From: an uncultured Ponticaulis sp.
GTDB lineage: Bacteria > Pseudomonadota > Alphaproteobacteria > Caulobacterales > Hyphomonadaceae
Direction: 5' to 3'
Length of the DNA stretch: 64,000 bases
NCBI GenBank assembly: GCA_963678615.1
Contig: OY782947.1
Location: 2,118,688-2,182,687, forward strand
The notes under the pieces are model-generated. The model worked only from the letters and a program-made list of their open reading frames with translations, made no database searches and was not told where the DNA came from. This document shows positions 9,865 to 19,390 of this stretch, piece by piece. Numbering within the stretch: position 1 is the first letter of the stretch; each line of letters opens with the position of its first letter. A program made the translations under genes and the position numbers.

Positions 9865-11172
9865 ATGCCGGTCATCATTCCATCCAGATTTGCCATTCTT
9901 TTGATGGCAATCGGCGTGCCGGTGGCATTGCTGATCGCGGCGATCATTCCGTCTGGATGGGTGTTTGCCTTTGCAGGCATTGCAGCCATCTTAGCCGCGC
10001 TGGTATTGGACAGTCTGCTATCTGCTTCAGCCCGCAAAATCAGTGTTGAGACCAAACTTCCACCGCTCTTCTTTGTCGGTGACGACAATCAGCTTTCCTT
10101 AAGCGTTGAAGCCAAGAGTGGTCGGGTGCCCAACAGCATTCAGATCAAACTGGAAATGAATGACCTCATTGAGGAAGAGCCGGTCCGAAACCTGCCCGCC
10201 GACAATGAGGCCCATTACAAGCTGAAAACACGCAAACGCGGGGAAGCGCGCATTGAGGCCGTATGGCTGAAATGGCCCGGCCCGTTGCGCATGACGGCAA
10301 AACAGATCCGCATTCCGCTCGCTCTGGCGCGACCAGTGAATCCGGATATTCGCACCATGCAGGCTGATGCCATCCGGCTGATCAACCGTGAGGCTGAGTT
10401 CGGGATGAAGTCGCAGCTGGAACGCGGCGATGGCTCTGAATTCGACGCCATGCGCGAATTCGTTCAGGGCATGGACCATCGCAGTCTCGACTGGAAAGCA
10501 TCTGCGCGCCACCGCACGCTGATGGCGAAAGAGTTTCAGACAGAGCGGAACCACAATGTGGTTCTGGCTTTCGATACAGGCCGATTGATGTGCGAACCCA
10601 TTAACGGAATTTCTCGTTTGGATCACGCCGTCCATGCCAGCCTGTTGCTGGCTTATGCGTCTCTGCGAGGCGGCGACCGGGTCGGCGTTTACGGATTTGA
10701 TGCTCGCCCTCAACTCATGACCGGTCTGGTGCGGGGCCAGAACGCCTTTGCCAAACTCCAGACCGAAATGTCCCGTCTGAACTATTCGACGCTGGACGCC
10801 AATTACACGCTTGGCCTGACGCGTCTTTCAAGTGCGCTCAACAGGCGCTCACTGGTCATTCTATTCACGGACTTTGTGGATACCACACAAGCCGAGCTGA
10901 TGATTGAGAACGCGGCCCGTTTGTCAAAACGACATCTCGTCCTATTCGCCGTGTTTCAGGATGAAGACCTGTACAATGTGATCTCAAAATCGCCGGAAAC
11001 AGCTGATGATGTGACACGCGCCGTTATCGCAGATGGCCTGCTTCACGAACGCCGAACGGTTCAGCGTCGCCTCCAGAGACTTGGCATTGAAGTTCTGGAA
11101 GCCCCGGCCAAACAGTTTTCAAGCGAGCTATTGAGCCGCTATCTCACCCTCACCCGCCAGGAACGGATTTAG
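9865..11172 (+). CDS. DUF58 (vWA-related) protein
   Basis: EFDAMREFVQG.DHRSLDWKASAR and NVVLAFDTGRLM; follows moxR. Confidence 0.92.
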   Translation: MPVIIPSRFAILLMAIGVPVALLIAAIIPSGWVFAFAGIAAILAALVLDSLLSASARKISVETKLPPLFFVGDDNQLSLSVEAKSGRVPNSIQIKLEMNDLIEEEPVRNLPADNEAHYKLKTRKRGEARIEAVWLKWPGPLRMTAKQIRIPLALARPVNPDIRTMQADAIRLINREAEFGMKSQLERGDGSEFDAMREFVQGMDHRSLDWKASARHRTLMAKEFQTERNHNVVLAFDTGRLMCEPINGISRLDHAVHASLLLAYASLRGGDRVGVYGFDARPQLMTGLVRGQNAFAKLQTEMSRLNYSTLDANYTLGLTRLSSALNRRSLVILFTDFVDTTQAELMIENAARLSKRHLVLFAVFQDEDLYNVISKSPETADDVTRAVIADGLLHERRTVQRRLQRLGIEVLEAPAKQFSSELLSRYLTLTRQERI

Positions 11173-11180
11173 GATCAGAC

Positions 11181-12182
11181 ATGAGTGCAGAAGCTGAACT
11201 CAAAAGTTATCGTTTCCGGTCTGAACGGGAAACCGAATGGCGTGCGCTGGAAAGCCTGTTGGAGCGCATCCAGAAATCAGGTGTAAAATCCCTGTCTCAG
11301 GAAGACTTGCTGGCGCTGCCCAAACTGTATCGGTCGGCGGTGTCTTCACTGTCGACGGCGCGTGCGATTTCGCTGGACCGCAATCTGACCGACTATCTGG
11401 AGACGCTCTGCACCCGGGCCTATCTGTTCATGTATGGTCCACGAACAACATTCTGGCGCAAGGTTGCAGACTTTTTCATGCATGACTGGCCAACCGCAGT
11501 CGCAAAGGCCGGGTGGGCAACGCTTCTGTCTGCGCTCTGCATGTTTGGCGGGGCGCTGATTGCTTTCATCATGGTGTCGAATGACCCGGACTGGTTTTAC
11601 GCCTTCCAGCTAAGCGCGGGAGATACGCGCACCCCAGAAGCCACGACCGAACAACTGCGCGCAACGCTTTATACCGAAGACCATGAGCTGAAAGACTCAC
11701 TTTCAGTTTTCGCCGCCTTTCTGTTCCAGAACAATTCCATGGTGTCATTACTGGCGTTTGCGCTGGGCTTTGCCTTTGGCATACCGACGGCCATGTTGCT
11801 GATCCATAACGGCTTTGTGCTGGGGGCGTTTGTCTCTTTGTTTGCGAGTCGCGGGCTTGGCTTTGAGTTGGGCGGATGGCTTCTCATCCATGGTGTGACG
11901 GAATTGTTCGGCATTGTACTTGCCGGGACAGCCGGGTTCCTGATTGGCGGCACGCTTGCCTTTCCAGGGGATCGTCGACGCATTGATGCCGTCGCAGAGG
12001 CCGGCAAACAAGCCGGAACCATTGGCATGGGCGTTTTGATCATGATGATGATGGCCGCATTCCTTGAAGGGTTCGGACGTCAGATGATCAATTCCGATCT
12101 GATCCGCTATACGATAGCGGGCACAACCCTACTAGCCTGGCTCAGCTATTTCTACATTTACGGCCGACGGAAATTGTCATGA
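11181..12182 (+). CDS. Stage II sporulation protein M-like membrane protein
   Basis: LYR....LS.AR, YL..L..RAY, F.NNS.VSLLAFALG, HGVTEL.GI.LAG, AAFLEGF. Confidence 0.9.
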   Translation: MSAEAELKSYRFRSERETEWRALESLLERIQKSGVKSLSQEDLLALPKLYRSAVSSLSTARAISLDRNLTDYLETLCTRAYLFMYGPRTTFWRKVADFFMHDWPTAVAKAGWATLLSALCMFGGALIAFIMVSNDPDWFYAFQLSAGDTRTPEATTEQLRATLYTEDHELKDSLSVFAAFLFQNNSMVSLLAFALGFAFGIPTAMLLIHNGFVLGAFVSLFASRGLGFELGGWLLIHGVTELFGIVLAGTAGFLIGGTLAFPGDRRRIDAVAEAGKQAGTIGMGVLIMMMMAAFLEGFGRQMINSDLIRYTIAGTTLLAWLSYFYIYGRRKLS

Positions 12183-13102
12183 GCAAAACCGTCGCTGCCC
12201 ATAAGGCCGGATATATCAACGAACGCGAAGCAAAGATGTGGCGGGAAGTCGTCACACCAGAAGGCGCGACCATCAATCTGAGGCTCGCAGACGCTGCCGA
12301 ACGCGCCGGTGCGCTGATGATTGATGCGGCCATCATGCTGGCCACGCTTATCGCCGTGGCGCTAGCGCTGATCTTTATGGCGTCGATCTTTAATTTTCAG
12401 GACGATATGTCGGAACTAATCACGGTGGTGTGGTTTCTGTTCTTCTTCGTTATGCGCGCCCTTTATTTCACCCTGTTTGAAATGGGACGACGCGCAGCCA
12501 CCCCCGGCAAACGCCTCATGCGATTGCGGGTCGTCGCGCGTGAGGGACGCCAGCTGACAGCCAATGCCGTGTTCGCCCGAAATGTAATGCGCGAACTGGA
12601 AGTCTTCCTTCCATTTATCGTACTGATGGGCGGTCCCGGCGACACACAGATTTCCGGGCTTTTGACTTTGTGTCTGATTGTCTGGCTAGGCGTATTCGTT
12701 CTGATGCCGGTGTTCACCAAAGACAAGCTGCGCGCCGGTGACATCGTGGCCGGCACCTGGGTGATTCGAAATCCAAAACTGGAGCTGGAGAACGATATTT
12801 CGTTGCAAAGCACCGCTCATGACGATGACTTCCGTTTCTCAACAGAACAATTGCAAGCCTATGGCGAACACGAATTACAGGTTCTGGAAGACGTGCTTCG
12901 CGGCGACAATATCGAAATTCAGGCTGCTGTTGCAGACCGTATCCGCAAGCGAATTGGCTGGGAAAAAGGGCCAAAAGAGGCCAACCGGGACTTCCTGGAA
13001 GCCTTCTACAAAGGCCTTCGCAAAACGCTGGAAACCCGCATGCTGTTTGGCAACCGCAAACGGGACAAACACGATGCCGGTGATGCCTCACGCCTGTCTT
13101 AA
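12179..13102 (+). CDS. RDD family membrane protein
   Basis: RAGALMID, TPGKRLMRLRVV, RNVMR, R.GD..AGTWV. Confidence 0.9.
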   Translation: MSKTVAAHKAGYINEREAKMWREVVTPEGATINLRLADAAERAGALMIDAAIMLATLIAVALALIFMASIFNFQDDMSELITVVWFLFFFVMRALYFTLFEMGRRAATPGKRLMRLRVVAREGRQLTANAVFARNVMRELEVFLPFIVLMGGPGDTQISGLLTLCLIVWLGVFVLMPVFTKDKLRAGDIVAGTWVIRNPKLELENDISLQSTAHDDDFRFSTEQLQAYGEHELQVLEDVLRGDNIEIQAAVADRIRKRIGWEKGPKEANRDFLEAFYKGLRKTLETRMLFGNRKRDKHDAGDASRLS

Positions 13103-13147
13103 AAATTTCTGATGCAAAGATAAAACACACACGTGTAATGTCGGATC

Positions 13148-14068
13148 ATGAATATTCGGGATTTTGCACTTCTGTCCCTGATCTGTCTGGTCTGGGGAAT
13201 GAATCTTATTGTGTCGAGATGGGTCTTTATCTCGACCGATCTCGAGCCGTTATTTTATGCCGGACTACGGTTCGGACTGATCGCACTGGTCCTGACACCG
13301 ATCTTCTTTCAGAAATGGCCTGAAAAGCTGCACCGGATATTCCTGATCTCGCTGTGCATGGGATCAGCGCATTTCGGACTGTTGTTTTACGGCCTCGCCA
13401 ATGCCAGTGCGAGCTCCGCGGCAGTGGTTGGCCAGCTCGGCGTTCCGTTCTCCACCATTCTGTCGATGATCTTTCTCGGCGAGAAAGTCCGCTGGCGACG
13501 CGGCATCGGCATTTGCCTTGCTTTTGCAGGCGTGGTCATCATCTCGGTGAACCCGGATACGTTCTCTGTGTCCGTCGGCCTTCTCTACATCATGGCGTCG
13601 GCTTTTGTTGGCTCTGTCGGCGCCATATTGATGAAACAGGTCAGCGGTCTGACCGGCATGCGCATTCAGGCCTGGGTTGGCGTCTTTGCCTTTCTGCCTT
13701 TGTTTATTTCCTCAGCATTCATCGAGGGCGGCGAAGCCGGTTTTATGGGACAAATCCACGCCTTCTTTGAGGGGGGATGGATGCTGTGGGTCGCAACCGC
13801 CTTTGCCGTGATTGGCGTCTCCATTTTCGGCCATGGCAGTTTCTACATGCTGATTCAGCGCCATGATGTTTCGCTCTTGTCACCGCTGACCCTGATGGTG
13901 CCGGTCTGGGGCGTCATTCTGGGCGTCCTGTTGCTGGGTGAGCCATTCACTGTTCAATTCCTGATCGGCGGAGCGGTTTCCCTGCTCGGGATTCTGATCA
14001 TCGCCTTGCGCCCGAACAAGAAGCTGCCCATAGCTGCTATAGCGAAGAAACTGATTTCTGGTTCCTGA
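13148..14068 (+). CDS. DMT/EamA family transporter
   Basis: About 10 TMs; LVWGMN, A..VGQLGVPFSTILS...LGEK, LLLGEP. Confidence 0.9.
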   Translation: MNIRDFALLSLICLVWGMNLIVSRWVFISTDLEPLFYAGLRFGLIALVLTPIFFQKWPEKLHRIFLISLCMGSAHFGLLFYGLANASASSAAVVGQLGVPFSTILSMIFLGEKVRWRRGIGICLAFAGVVIISVNPDTFSVSVGLLYIMASAFVGSVGAILMKQVSGLTGMRIQAWVGVFAFLPLFISSAFIEGGEAGFMGQIHAFFEGGWMLWVATAFAVIGVSIFGHGSFYMLIQRHDVSLLSPLTLMVPVWGVILGVLLLGEPFTVQFLIGGAVSLLGILIIALRPNKKLPIAAIAKKLISGS

Positions 14069-14823
14069 TGGATATCATTCAAAGCCCAAGCCTGAACTTT
14101 AACGACCGTAAGCAAAAGCTGGACGTGCTGATTTTGCACTATACCGGCATGGAGGATGGTCCCTCTGCGCTGGAGCGCATGCAGGATGAAGCCGCAGAAG
14201 TCTCCGCACATTATATGGTCGATGTCGATGGAACGGTTTTCCAGCTGGTCGCCGAAGACAAGCGCGCCTGGCATGCCGGTCGCGGCAACTGGCAGGGCGA
14301 TGAAGACCTGAACTCACGCTCTATCGGCATTGAGATCGTCAATGGCGGCCATAACATTCCGCTCCCCGATGGCAGTCTGCCGCCTTATACCCGCGTCCAG
14401 ATTGATGCGGTGATTGCGCTCTGCAAAGGCATTATTGCGCGACACCATATTCCGCAGACACGCATTGTCGGCCATTCCGATATCGCCCCGACCCGCAAGG
14501 AAGATCCGGGTGAGCATTTCCCATGGGAGGAGTTTGCCTCACACGGGATTGGTCTCTGGCCGGAACAGATCGATTTCGCGCCGCCGCCAGAAGATCGGAT
14601 TGTGTTGGGAGATAAAGGGCCGAACGTGGCAGAGCTCCAGCATATGCTGAAAGTTATCGGTTATGGCATTGATGTGAATGCGGACTATGACGCGCTCACC
14701 CGCGATGTCGTCATTGCCTTCCAGCGCCGCTGGCATCAGGCCTATGTGACCGGGGAAGCTGATATCGTCACAGTGAAGCTGGTCGAGCGGATCGCAGAAC
14801 TCTCGTCAAACGCCAGCGTGTAG
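14068..14823 (+). CDS. N-acetylmuramoyl-L-alanine amidase (Amidase_2, AmiD/AmpD-like) with C-terminal PG-binding domain
   Basis: LILHYTG, VSAHY, RAWHAG, SIGIEIVN, GHSDIAPTRKEDPG; TGATG coupling to the transporter gene. Confidence 0.93.
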   Translation: MDIIQSPSLNFNDRKQKLDVLILHYTGMEDGPSALERMQDEAAEVSAHYMVDVDGTVFQLVAEDKRAWHAGRGNWQGDEDLNSRSIGIEIVNGGHNIPLPDGSLPPYTRVQIDAVIALCKGIIARHHIPQTRIVGHSDIAPTRKEDPGEHFPWEEFASHGIGLWPEQIDFAPPPEDRIVLGDKGPNVAELQHMLKVIGYGIDVNADYDALTRDVVIAFQRRWHQAYVTGEADIVTVKLVERIAELSSNASV

Positions 14824-14827
14824 AAGA

Positions 14828-14853
14828 CTCACCCCAGTGTGTGCCGGGGTGAG
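14828..14853. terminator. Hairpin between convergent genes, probable terminator
   Basis: ctcacccc-N10-ggggtgag 8-bp stem with no clear U-tract. Confidence 0.5.
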
Positions 14854-14863
14854 CTGAACTCGC

Positions 14864-15664
14864 TTACTGACCTTTAAAGTCCGGTGCGCGTTTTTCCAGA
14901 AGCGCAGTCACACCTTCAACATGGTCATCTGTATGATGAAGGATTGCCTGTTGCGCCGCAGACATTTCCATAATGGTTTCATAGTCAGCGTTCTGCGCTT
15001 TGCGGAGCAACATTTTTGCGGCGCGAAGCGCCAATGGTGGTTGCGCAGCTGTTTTCTCAGCGAGTTCCATGGCGGCATCCATCAGCTCACCGTCTGGCAC
15101 TTTGCGAGACGCCCAGCCCCACTCAATCGCCGTATCCGCATCATACATTGTGCCGGTGAAGATCATTTCTGAGGCACGCGACAGACCAACAATGCGCGGC
15201 ATGAGCCAGGAGCCGCCATCACCTGGAATCAGACCGATGCGCAGGAAGGACATACCGAACCGTGCGCTCTCACCAATGACGCGCATATCCGCCATACAGG
15301 CCACATCGCAACCAAGACCAACCGCTGGGCCGTTCACCGCTGCGACCAGTGGCAGTTCAAAATTCCAGAGTGAATTGACGATTTTGTGGATGTTCTTCGT
15401 GTAGCCGTTCTTGACCTCAAAAGGACTGCCGCCAAACGCGCCAGAGCGATCTTTCATCGCTTTCAGATCACCACCTGCAGAGAAGGCACGTCCCGCACCC
15501 GTCAGAATGCAGCACCGCAGTTCCTTGTCAGCGGCCAGTTCTTTCGTCACCTCAACAAACGCATCGCCATCGCCAGCCTTCCCCAGCGGGTTCAGCTGGT
15601 CAGGACGGTTGATGGTCATGATGGCAATCTTGCCGCGCTTTTCGACTTTCAGAAGGTCCTGCAT
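14864..15664 (-). CDS. Enoyl-CoA hydratase/isomerase (crotonase) family protein
   Basis: TINRPDQLN, AFSAGGDL, AAVNGPAVGLG, GLIPGDGG, KRAPDFKG. Confidence 0.93.
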   Translation of the reverse strand: MQDLLKVEKRGKIAIMTINRPDQLNPLGKAGDGDAFVEVTKELAADKELRCCILTGAGRAFSAGGDLKAMKDRSGAFGGSPFEVKNGYTKNIHKIVNSLWNFELPLVAAVNGPAVGLGCDVACMADMRVIGESARFGMSFLRIGLIPGDGGSWLMPRIVGLSRASEMIFTGTMYDADTAIEWGWASRKVPDGELMDAAMELAEKTAAQPPLALRAAKMLLRKAQNADYETIMEMSAAQQAILHHTDDHVEGVTALLEKRAPDFKGQ

Positions 15665-15702
15665 GTCGTCTCATTCTCCCGTAATGATGTTCTCAAACGG
15701 TT

Positions 15703-15718
15703 CTGACGAAAACGTCAG
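15703..15718. promoter_or_regulatory. Palindromic operator CTGACG-AAAA-CGTCAG (LiuR-like)
   Basis: Perfect 6-4-6 inverted repeat between divergent crotonase and thiolase; related sites at 24421 and 29852. Confidence 0.6.
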
Positions 15719-15824
15719 GAATTGCAATGCCAACTGCATAAACTTCCTGCTTGATTACCCTAAGGGCAGTTGTTGGAGATACTCTCCCAACACCAAGTTT
15801 ATAGTTCTCAGGGAGATTATTTAT

Positions 15825-17003
15825 ATGGCTGACGCTTATATCGTATCCGCAAAACGGACCGCAGGCGGTCGTAAGAATGGCGCGCTGGCAGGTTGGCACC
15901 CGGCAAACCTCGGCGCACAGGTTCTGAACGCTGTTATCAAAGACACAGGCATTGATCCTGCTGTTGTTGAAGACGTGATCATGGGCTGCGTCACTCAAGC
16001 CGGTGAGCAAGCTGGCCAGGTTGGCCGCACATGCGTCATGGCATCTGATCTCCCAGACAGCGTTCCTGCGGTTACAATCGACCGTCAGTGTGGTTCGTCT
16101 CAGCAATCTATCCAGTTCGCAGCGCAGGCCGTTATGTCTGGCACGCAGGACGTTGTGATCGCGGCTGGTATTGAGAGCATGTCTCACTGCCCGATGGGGC
16201 TGAACTTCCAGGCTGGTAAAGTCATGGACATCCCAACTGATCCAACGCCGAAAAACCTCAAAGAGAAGTATGGCATTCGCGGTTTCAGCCAGTTTGCTGG
16301 TGCGGAAATGATCGCGAAAAAGCACGGCCACACAAAAGAAATGCTCGATGCATTCTCTGTTGAGAGCCACAAGCGTGCGGCGGCAGCAACAGCGGCTGGC
16401 GCATTCAAAGACGAGCTGGTCGTGATTGAAGGCCGTGACGGCGAAGGCAACGCAGTCATGCACGACAAGGATGAAGGCATTCGTTACGACGCCTCTATGG
16501 AAGGCATGGCGAAGCTGAAAATCCTCATGGAAGACGGCGTTATGACTGCGGCAAACGCGAGCCAGATCTGTGACGGTTCTTCTGCGGTTATGGTTGTGTC
16601 TGAGCGCGCTCTGAAAGAGCACGGCCTCACCCCATTGGCGCGTATTGCGAACCTCACCGTCACCGCTGGCGACCCGGTCATCATGCTCGAAGAGCCACTC
16701 TTCGCAACTGACCGCGCTCTGCAACGCTCTGGCATCAACATCAACGATATCGACCTTTACGAAGTGAACGAAGCCTTCGCGCCAGTTCCACTTGCCTGGC
16801 TCAAGCATGTCGGTGCTGACCCAGCGAAGTTGAACGTCAATGGCGGCGCGATCGCTCTGGGTCACCCACTCGGTGCATCAGGCGCAAAGCTGATGGCAAC
16901 TCTGGTTCACGCTCTGAAAGCACGTGGCGGCAAATACGGCCTGCAAACCATGTGTGAAGGCGGCGGCGTTGCAAACGTCACAATCATCGAGAACCTCGCT
17001 TAA
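15825..17003 (+). CDS. Acetyl-CoA C-acyltransferase (thiolase)
   Basis: DRQCGSSQ catalytic Cys, NEAFA, GGAIALGHPLGASG, TMCEGGG. Real start is ATG 15825 after gggag; the 138-aa extension in the ORF track is spurious. Confidence 0.96.
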   Translation: MADAYIVSAKRTAGGRKNGALAGWHPANLGAQVLNAVIKDTGIDPAVVEDVIMGCVTQAGEQAGQVGRTCVMASDLPDSVPAVTIDRQCGSSQQSIQFAAQAVMSGTQDVVIAAGIESMSHCPMGLNFQAGKVMDIPTDPTPKNLKEKYGIRGFSQFAGAEMIAKKHGHTKEMLDAFSVESHKRAAAATAAGAFKDELVVIEGRDGEGNAVMHDKDEGIRYDASMEGMAKLKILMEDGVMTAANASQICDGSSAVMVVSERALKEHGLTPLARIANLTVTAGDPVIMLEEPLFATDRALQRSGININDIDLYEVNEAFAPVPLAWLKHVGADPAKLNVNGGAIALGHPLGASGAKLMATLVHALKARGGKYGLQTMCEGGGVANVTIIENLA

Positions 17004-17031
17004 GCGATTTCGACAGACATTGGTTCTGGAA

Positions 17032-17061
17032 AGGCGGGCCTTCGGGCTCGCCTTTTTTATT
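17032..17061 (+). terminator. Intrinsic terminator, copy 1 of a 30-nt direct repeat
   Basis: aggcgggcc-ttcg-ggctcgcc-ttttttatt. Confidence 0.88.
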
Positions 17062-17140
17062 GCGCCAACTAATCGTTGAACCTACGCTTCCCGGTAATCG
17101 ACCGCAAAGACGCCGGTCAAATGGAGGGAGTGAAAACCAC

Positions 17141-17878
17141 ATGTCCAAATCCGCACGCCTCTGGCTTTCGGCCGGCGCATTTGCGCTAACGGCTCTGACT
17201 TCTGCGGCATCAGCGCAAGAATACAGAATGGAATCCGTCAAAGTTACATCGAGCAAGATGTCTGAAGATCTCCCAGGTGTTGTTTTGAAACATCAGGGCG
17301 ACTTCCTATTGATGGATATAGCCATCGAAAGCGATTCTCGTGAACTTTCTGTTCGGAAAAAAGAAATTCAGGAAACCGTCGATAAGCTCCTGAAGTCGGC
17401 AAAACAAAAAGAAGACATCACCGTCAGCATTGATACCAATGGAATGGTCTTTCCTCTTTTGACATCCGCAAATCTCCCAATGACCTCAGGGGCACGTCCT
17501 GATACTTCGCTCGTCAATCTCGTTTTGCGAACCCCCATTCCAAAGGAAGTGAAGGATGTGCAGGATCTCTCCTCACGTCTGAGTGTATTTGCGAATTCCA
17601 TCAACGGCGTCGGTCGGGCGACAGTCGGCGCGTATGCCGATACGACTGTCAGCGTTGTGAACCCTCAGCAATATCGCATGGACGTTATCTTTGCGGTTCT
17701 CGATGAAGTGAAAGCTGTCACTGAGCGACTGGGCCCCGACTATCGCGTTGTCCTGACCGGCATCGACAACCAAATGGAGTGGCGCGGCGTCGACAATACC
17801 AATGTGCTTTTCTACATCCCCTATAGCTACGATGTCATTCCAACGAGTCTGAACGCAAGACTGGACAGCGACTATTAA
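17141..17878 (+). CDS. Exported hypothetical protein, possibly SIMPL-like
   Basis: SD ggagggag, signal peptide MSKSARLWLSAGAFALTALTSAASA|QE; no catalytic motif recognised. Confidence 0.7.
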   Translation: MSKSARLWLSAGAFALTALTSAASAQEYRMESVKVTSSKMSEDLPGVVLKHQGDFLLMDIAIESDSRELSVRKKEIQETVDKLLKSAKQKEDITVSIDTNGMVFPLLTSANLPMTSGARPDTSLVNLVLRTPIPKEVKDVQDLSSRLSVFANSINGVGRATVGAYADTTVSVVNPQQYRMDVIFAVLDEVKAVTERLGPDYRVVLTGIDNQMEWRGVDNTNVLFYIPYSYDVIPTSLNARLDSDY

Positions 17879-17890
17879 TTCCTTCGGCAC

Positions 17891-17920
17891 AGGCGGGCCT
17901 TCAGGCTCGCCTTTTTTATT
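17891..17920 (+). terminator. Intrinsic terminator, copy 2 (29/30 identical to copy 1)
   Basis: aggcgggcc-ttca-ggctcgcc-ttttttatt. Confidence 0.88.
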
Positions 17921-17964
17921 TAGGAGGCGCGCTTAAAAGGGCCAATTGACCCAGTCACACATTT

Positions 17965-19008
17965 TTATTTCAGAACATCTTCGGCGTCTGCGATTTCTAC
18001 ATCCCGCATCATGGCTAGGTATGCGTCCAGATAGCCTTTATGAGACGCGCCGACGATGACCAGCATACGGCTGCCTGGATGCGCACCAAAAGCCTCGCGA
18101 ATATTAGCCGCCATACGAAGGTTCCGTGTTTCCCAATAGGTCACATACTGACGTCCATATTGTCTTTCTGAAGGATCCGCCAAGGCTGCTCCGAAGTCAC
18201 GAGCATAGACTTGTTTCGGATATGCCGGATCATTGTACAGCCGATAGGCGTCCAAAACGCCTTCCGGCGAATACAATCCCGGTCCCCGGGCGTCAGCCTC
18301 CCTCTTCGAAGGTTCAGATGCCGCCGTATTCCAGGCCGCAGAAATCGCTTTACCGTAAGCGTCATCATCGTCAATTGGGATGGAAACGGCCTGATCATCA
18401 TATTGTACCACACGCTGCAGACCGAGCTGCACGGCCAACGGTGCGGCAATCCAATAATTCTCATTTCGTCGTCCGATCCGCGAGTTGAGATAGTCAACCA
18501 ATTCGGGCGTGAGCCGGTCACTTTCGATACGGTCTGCTTCCGCCAGATAGAGCCATTGTATCGTTGCAGAGACCGGATCACCGGCTGCCAGCATAACTGC
18601 CGCAAGGTTGCGGCGCATAGCTGGAGCAGGATCGGACGGCCAATCCGACAAAAGCCTTTCACGTTCTGCAATCGCAGCAGCCACATCCAGACCCGTGGCA
18701 ATACGGGCAGCTTTCGTATCCGGGCAGTACGTTTCTGCTTCATCAATGAATTCTTTCTGCCGGCGCATCAGATCGCATTCATCACCGGGTATTGACTCAA
18801 TGCCGATGATTTGCGGCCGCCAAGTTTCGAGGCGATCTATCAGCGGATCAAGATTTTCAATTTCAACATCTTCTGGCCAATAGGCGATATGCGGTGTGCC
18901 AAGCACCAACACTTCATTTGGCATGCGCGCACCTACCGCGTCTTGTGCATACACAACGCCAAGGGAATTGACCGCTGCCAGACTCCACAAAAAAAGTGCT
19001 CGTATCAT
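17965..19008 (-). CDS. Secreted DUF5694-like protein
   Basis: Signal peptide, VLVLGTPH, W..RNLRMAANI, LVIVGASHK. Confidence 0.75.
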   Translation of the reverse strand: MIRALFLWSLAAVNSLGVVYAQDAVGARMPNEVLVLGTPHIAYWPEDVEIENLDPLIDRLETWRPQIIGIESIPGDECDLMRRQKEFIDEAETYCPDTKAARIATGLDVAAAIAERERLLSDWPSDPAPAMRRNLAAVMLAAGDPVSATIQWLYLAEADRIESDRLTPELVDYLNSRIGRRNENYWIAAPLAVQLGLQRVVQYDDQAVSIPIDDDDAYGKAISAAWNTAASEPSKREADARGPGLYSPEGVLDAYRLYNDPAYPKQVYARDFGAALADPSERQYGRQYVTYWETRNLRMAANIREAFGAHPGSRMLVIVGASHKGYLDAYLAMMRDVEIADAEDVLK

Positions 19009-19099
19009 GAAAATTCCCTCATCTCCGCCATTAGGATAGACCAGATGACAAGCGGGACAAGATCAATATTCGTCGTATGCAGACCGACCGATCTGCTGA

Positions 19100-19390
19100 T
19101 TAAAATGCCTCGGCATCCGCCTCATACAGCCGGAGCTGACGGTCTGAAATGCCAATCATCGGCCAGGCTTCCCGCCACGCCCGAATATGATCGGTCTGCA
19201 GATGCGCCGCGAGATGCGCGCGACTTTCCCAGCGTTCAATCACCCGAAACAGACCCGGCTCGAGCAGATCCTGCGCATAAGCATAGTCAATGCAGCCGTG
19301 TTCAGCGCGGCTTGCGGCGATCATCGCCGCCATGTGAGGCCTTGCCGCTTCCGGATTGGCAACGCGAATGGTTCCCTCAACAATGATCAT
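19100..19390 (-). CDS. Putative quinol monooxygenase (ABM domain)
   Basis: SRAEHGCIDY, F.VIERWES..HL..H...H. Confidence 0.88.
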   Translation of the reverse strand: MIIVEGTIRVANPEAARPHMAAMIAASRAEHGCIDYAYAQDLLEPGLFRVIERWESRAHLAAHLQTDHIRAWREAWPMIGISDRQLRLYEADAEAF

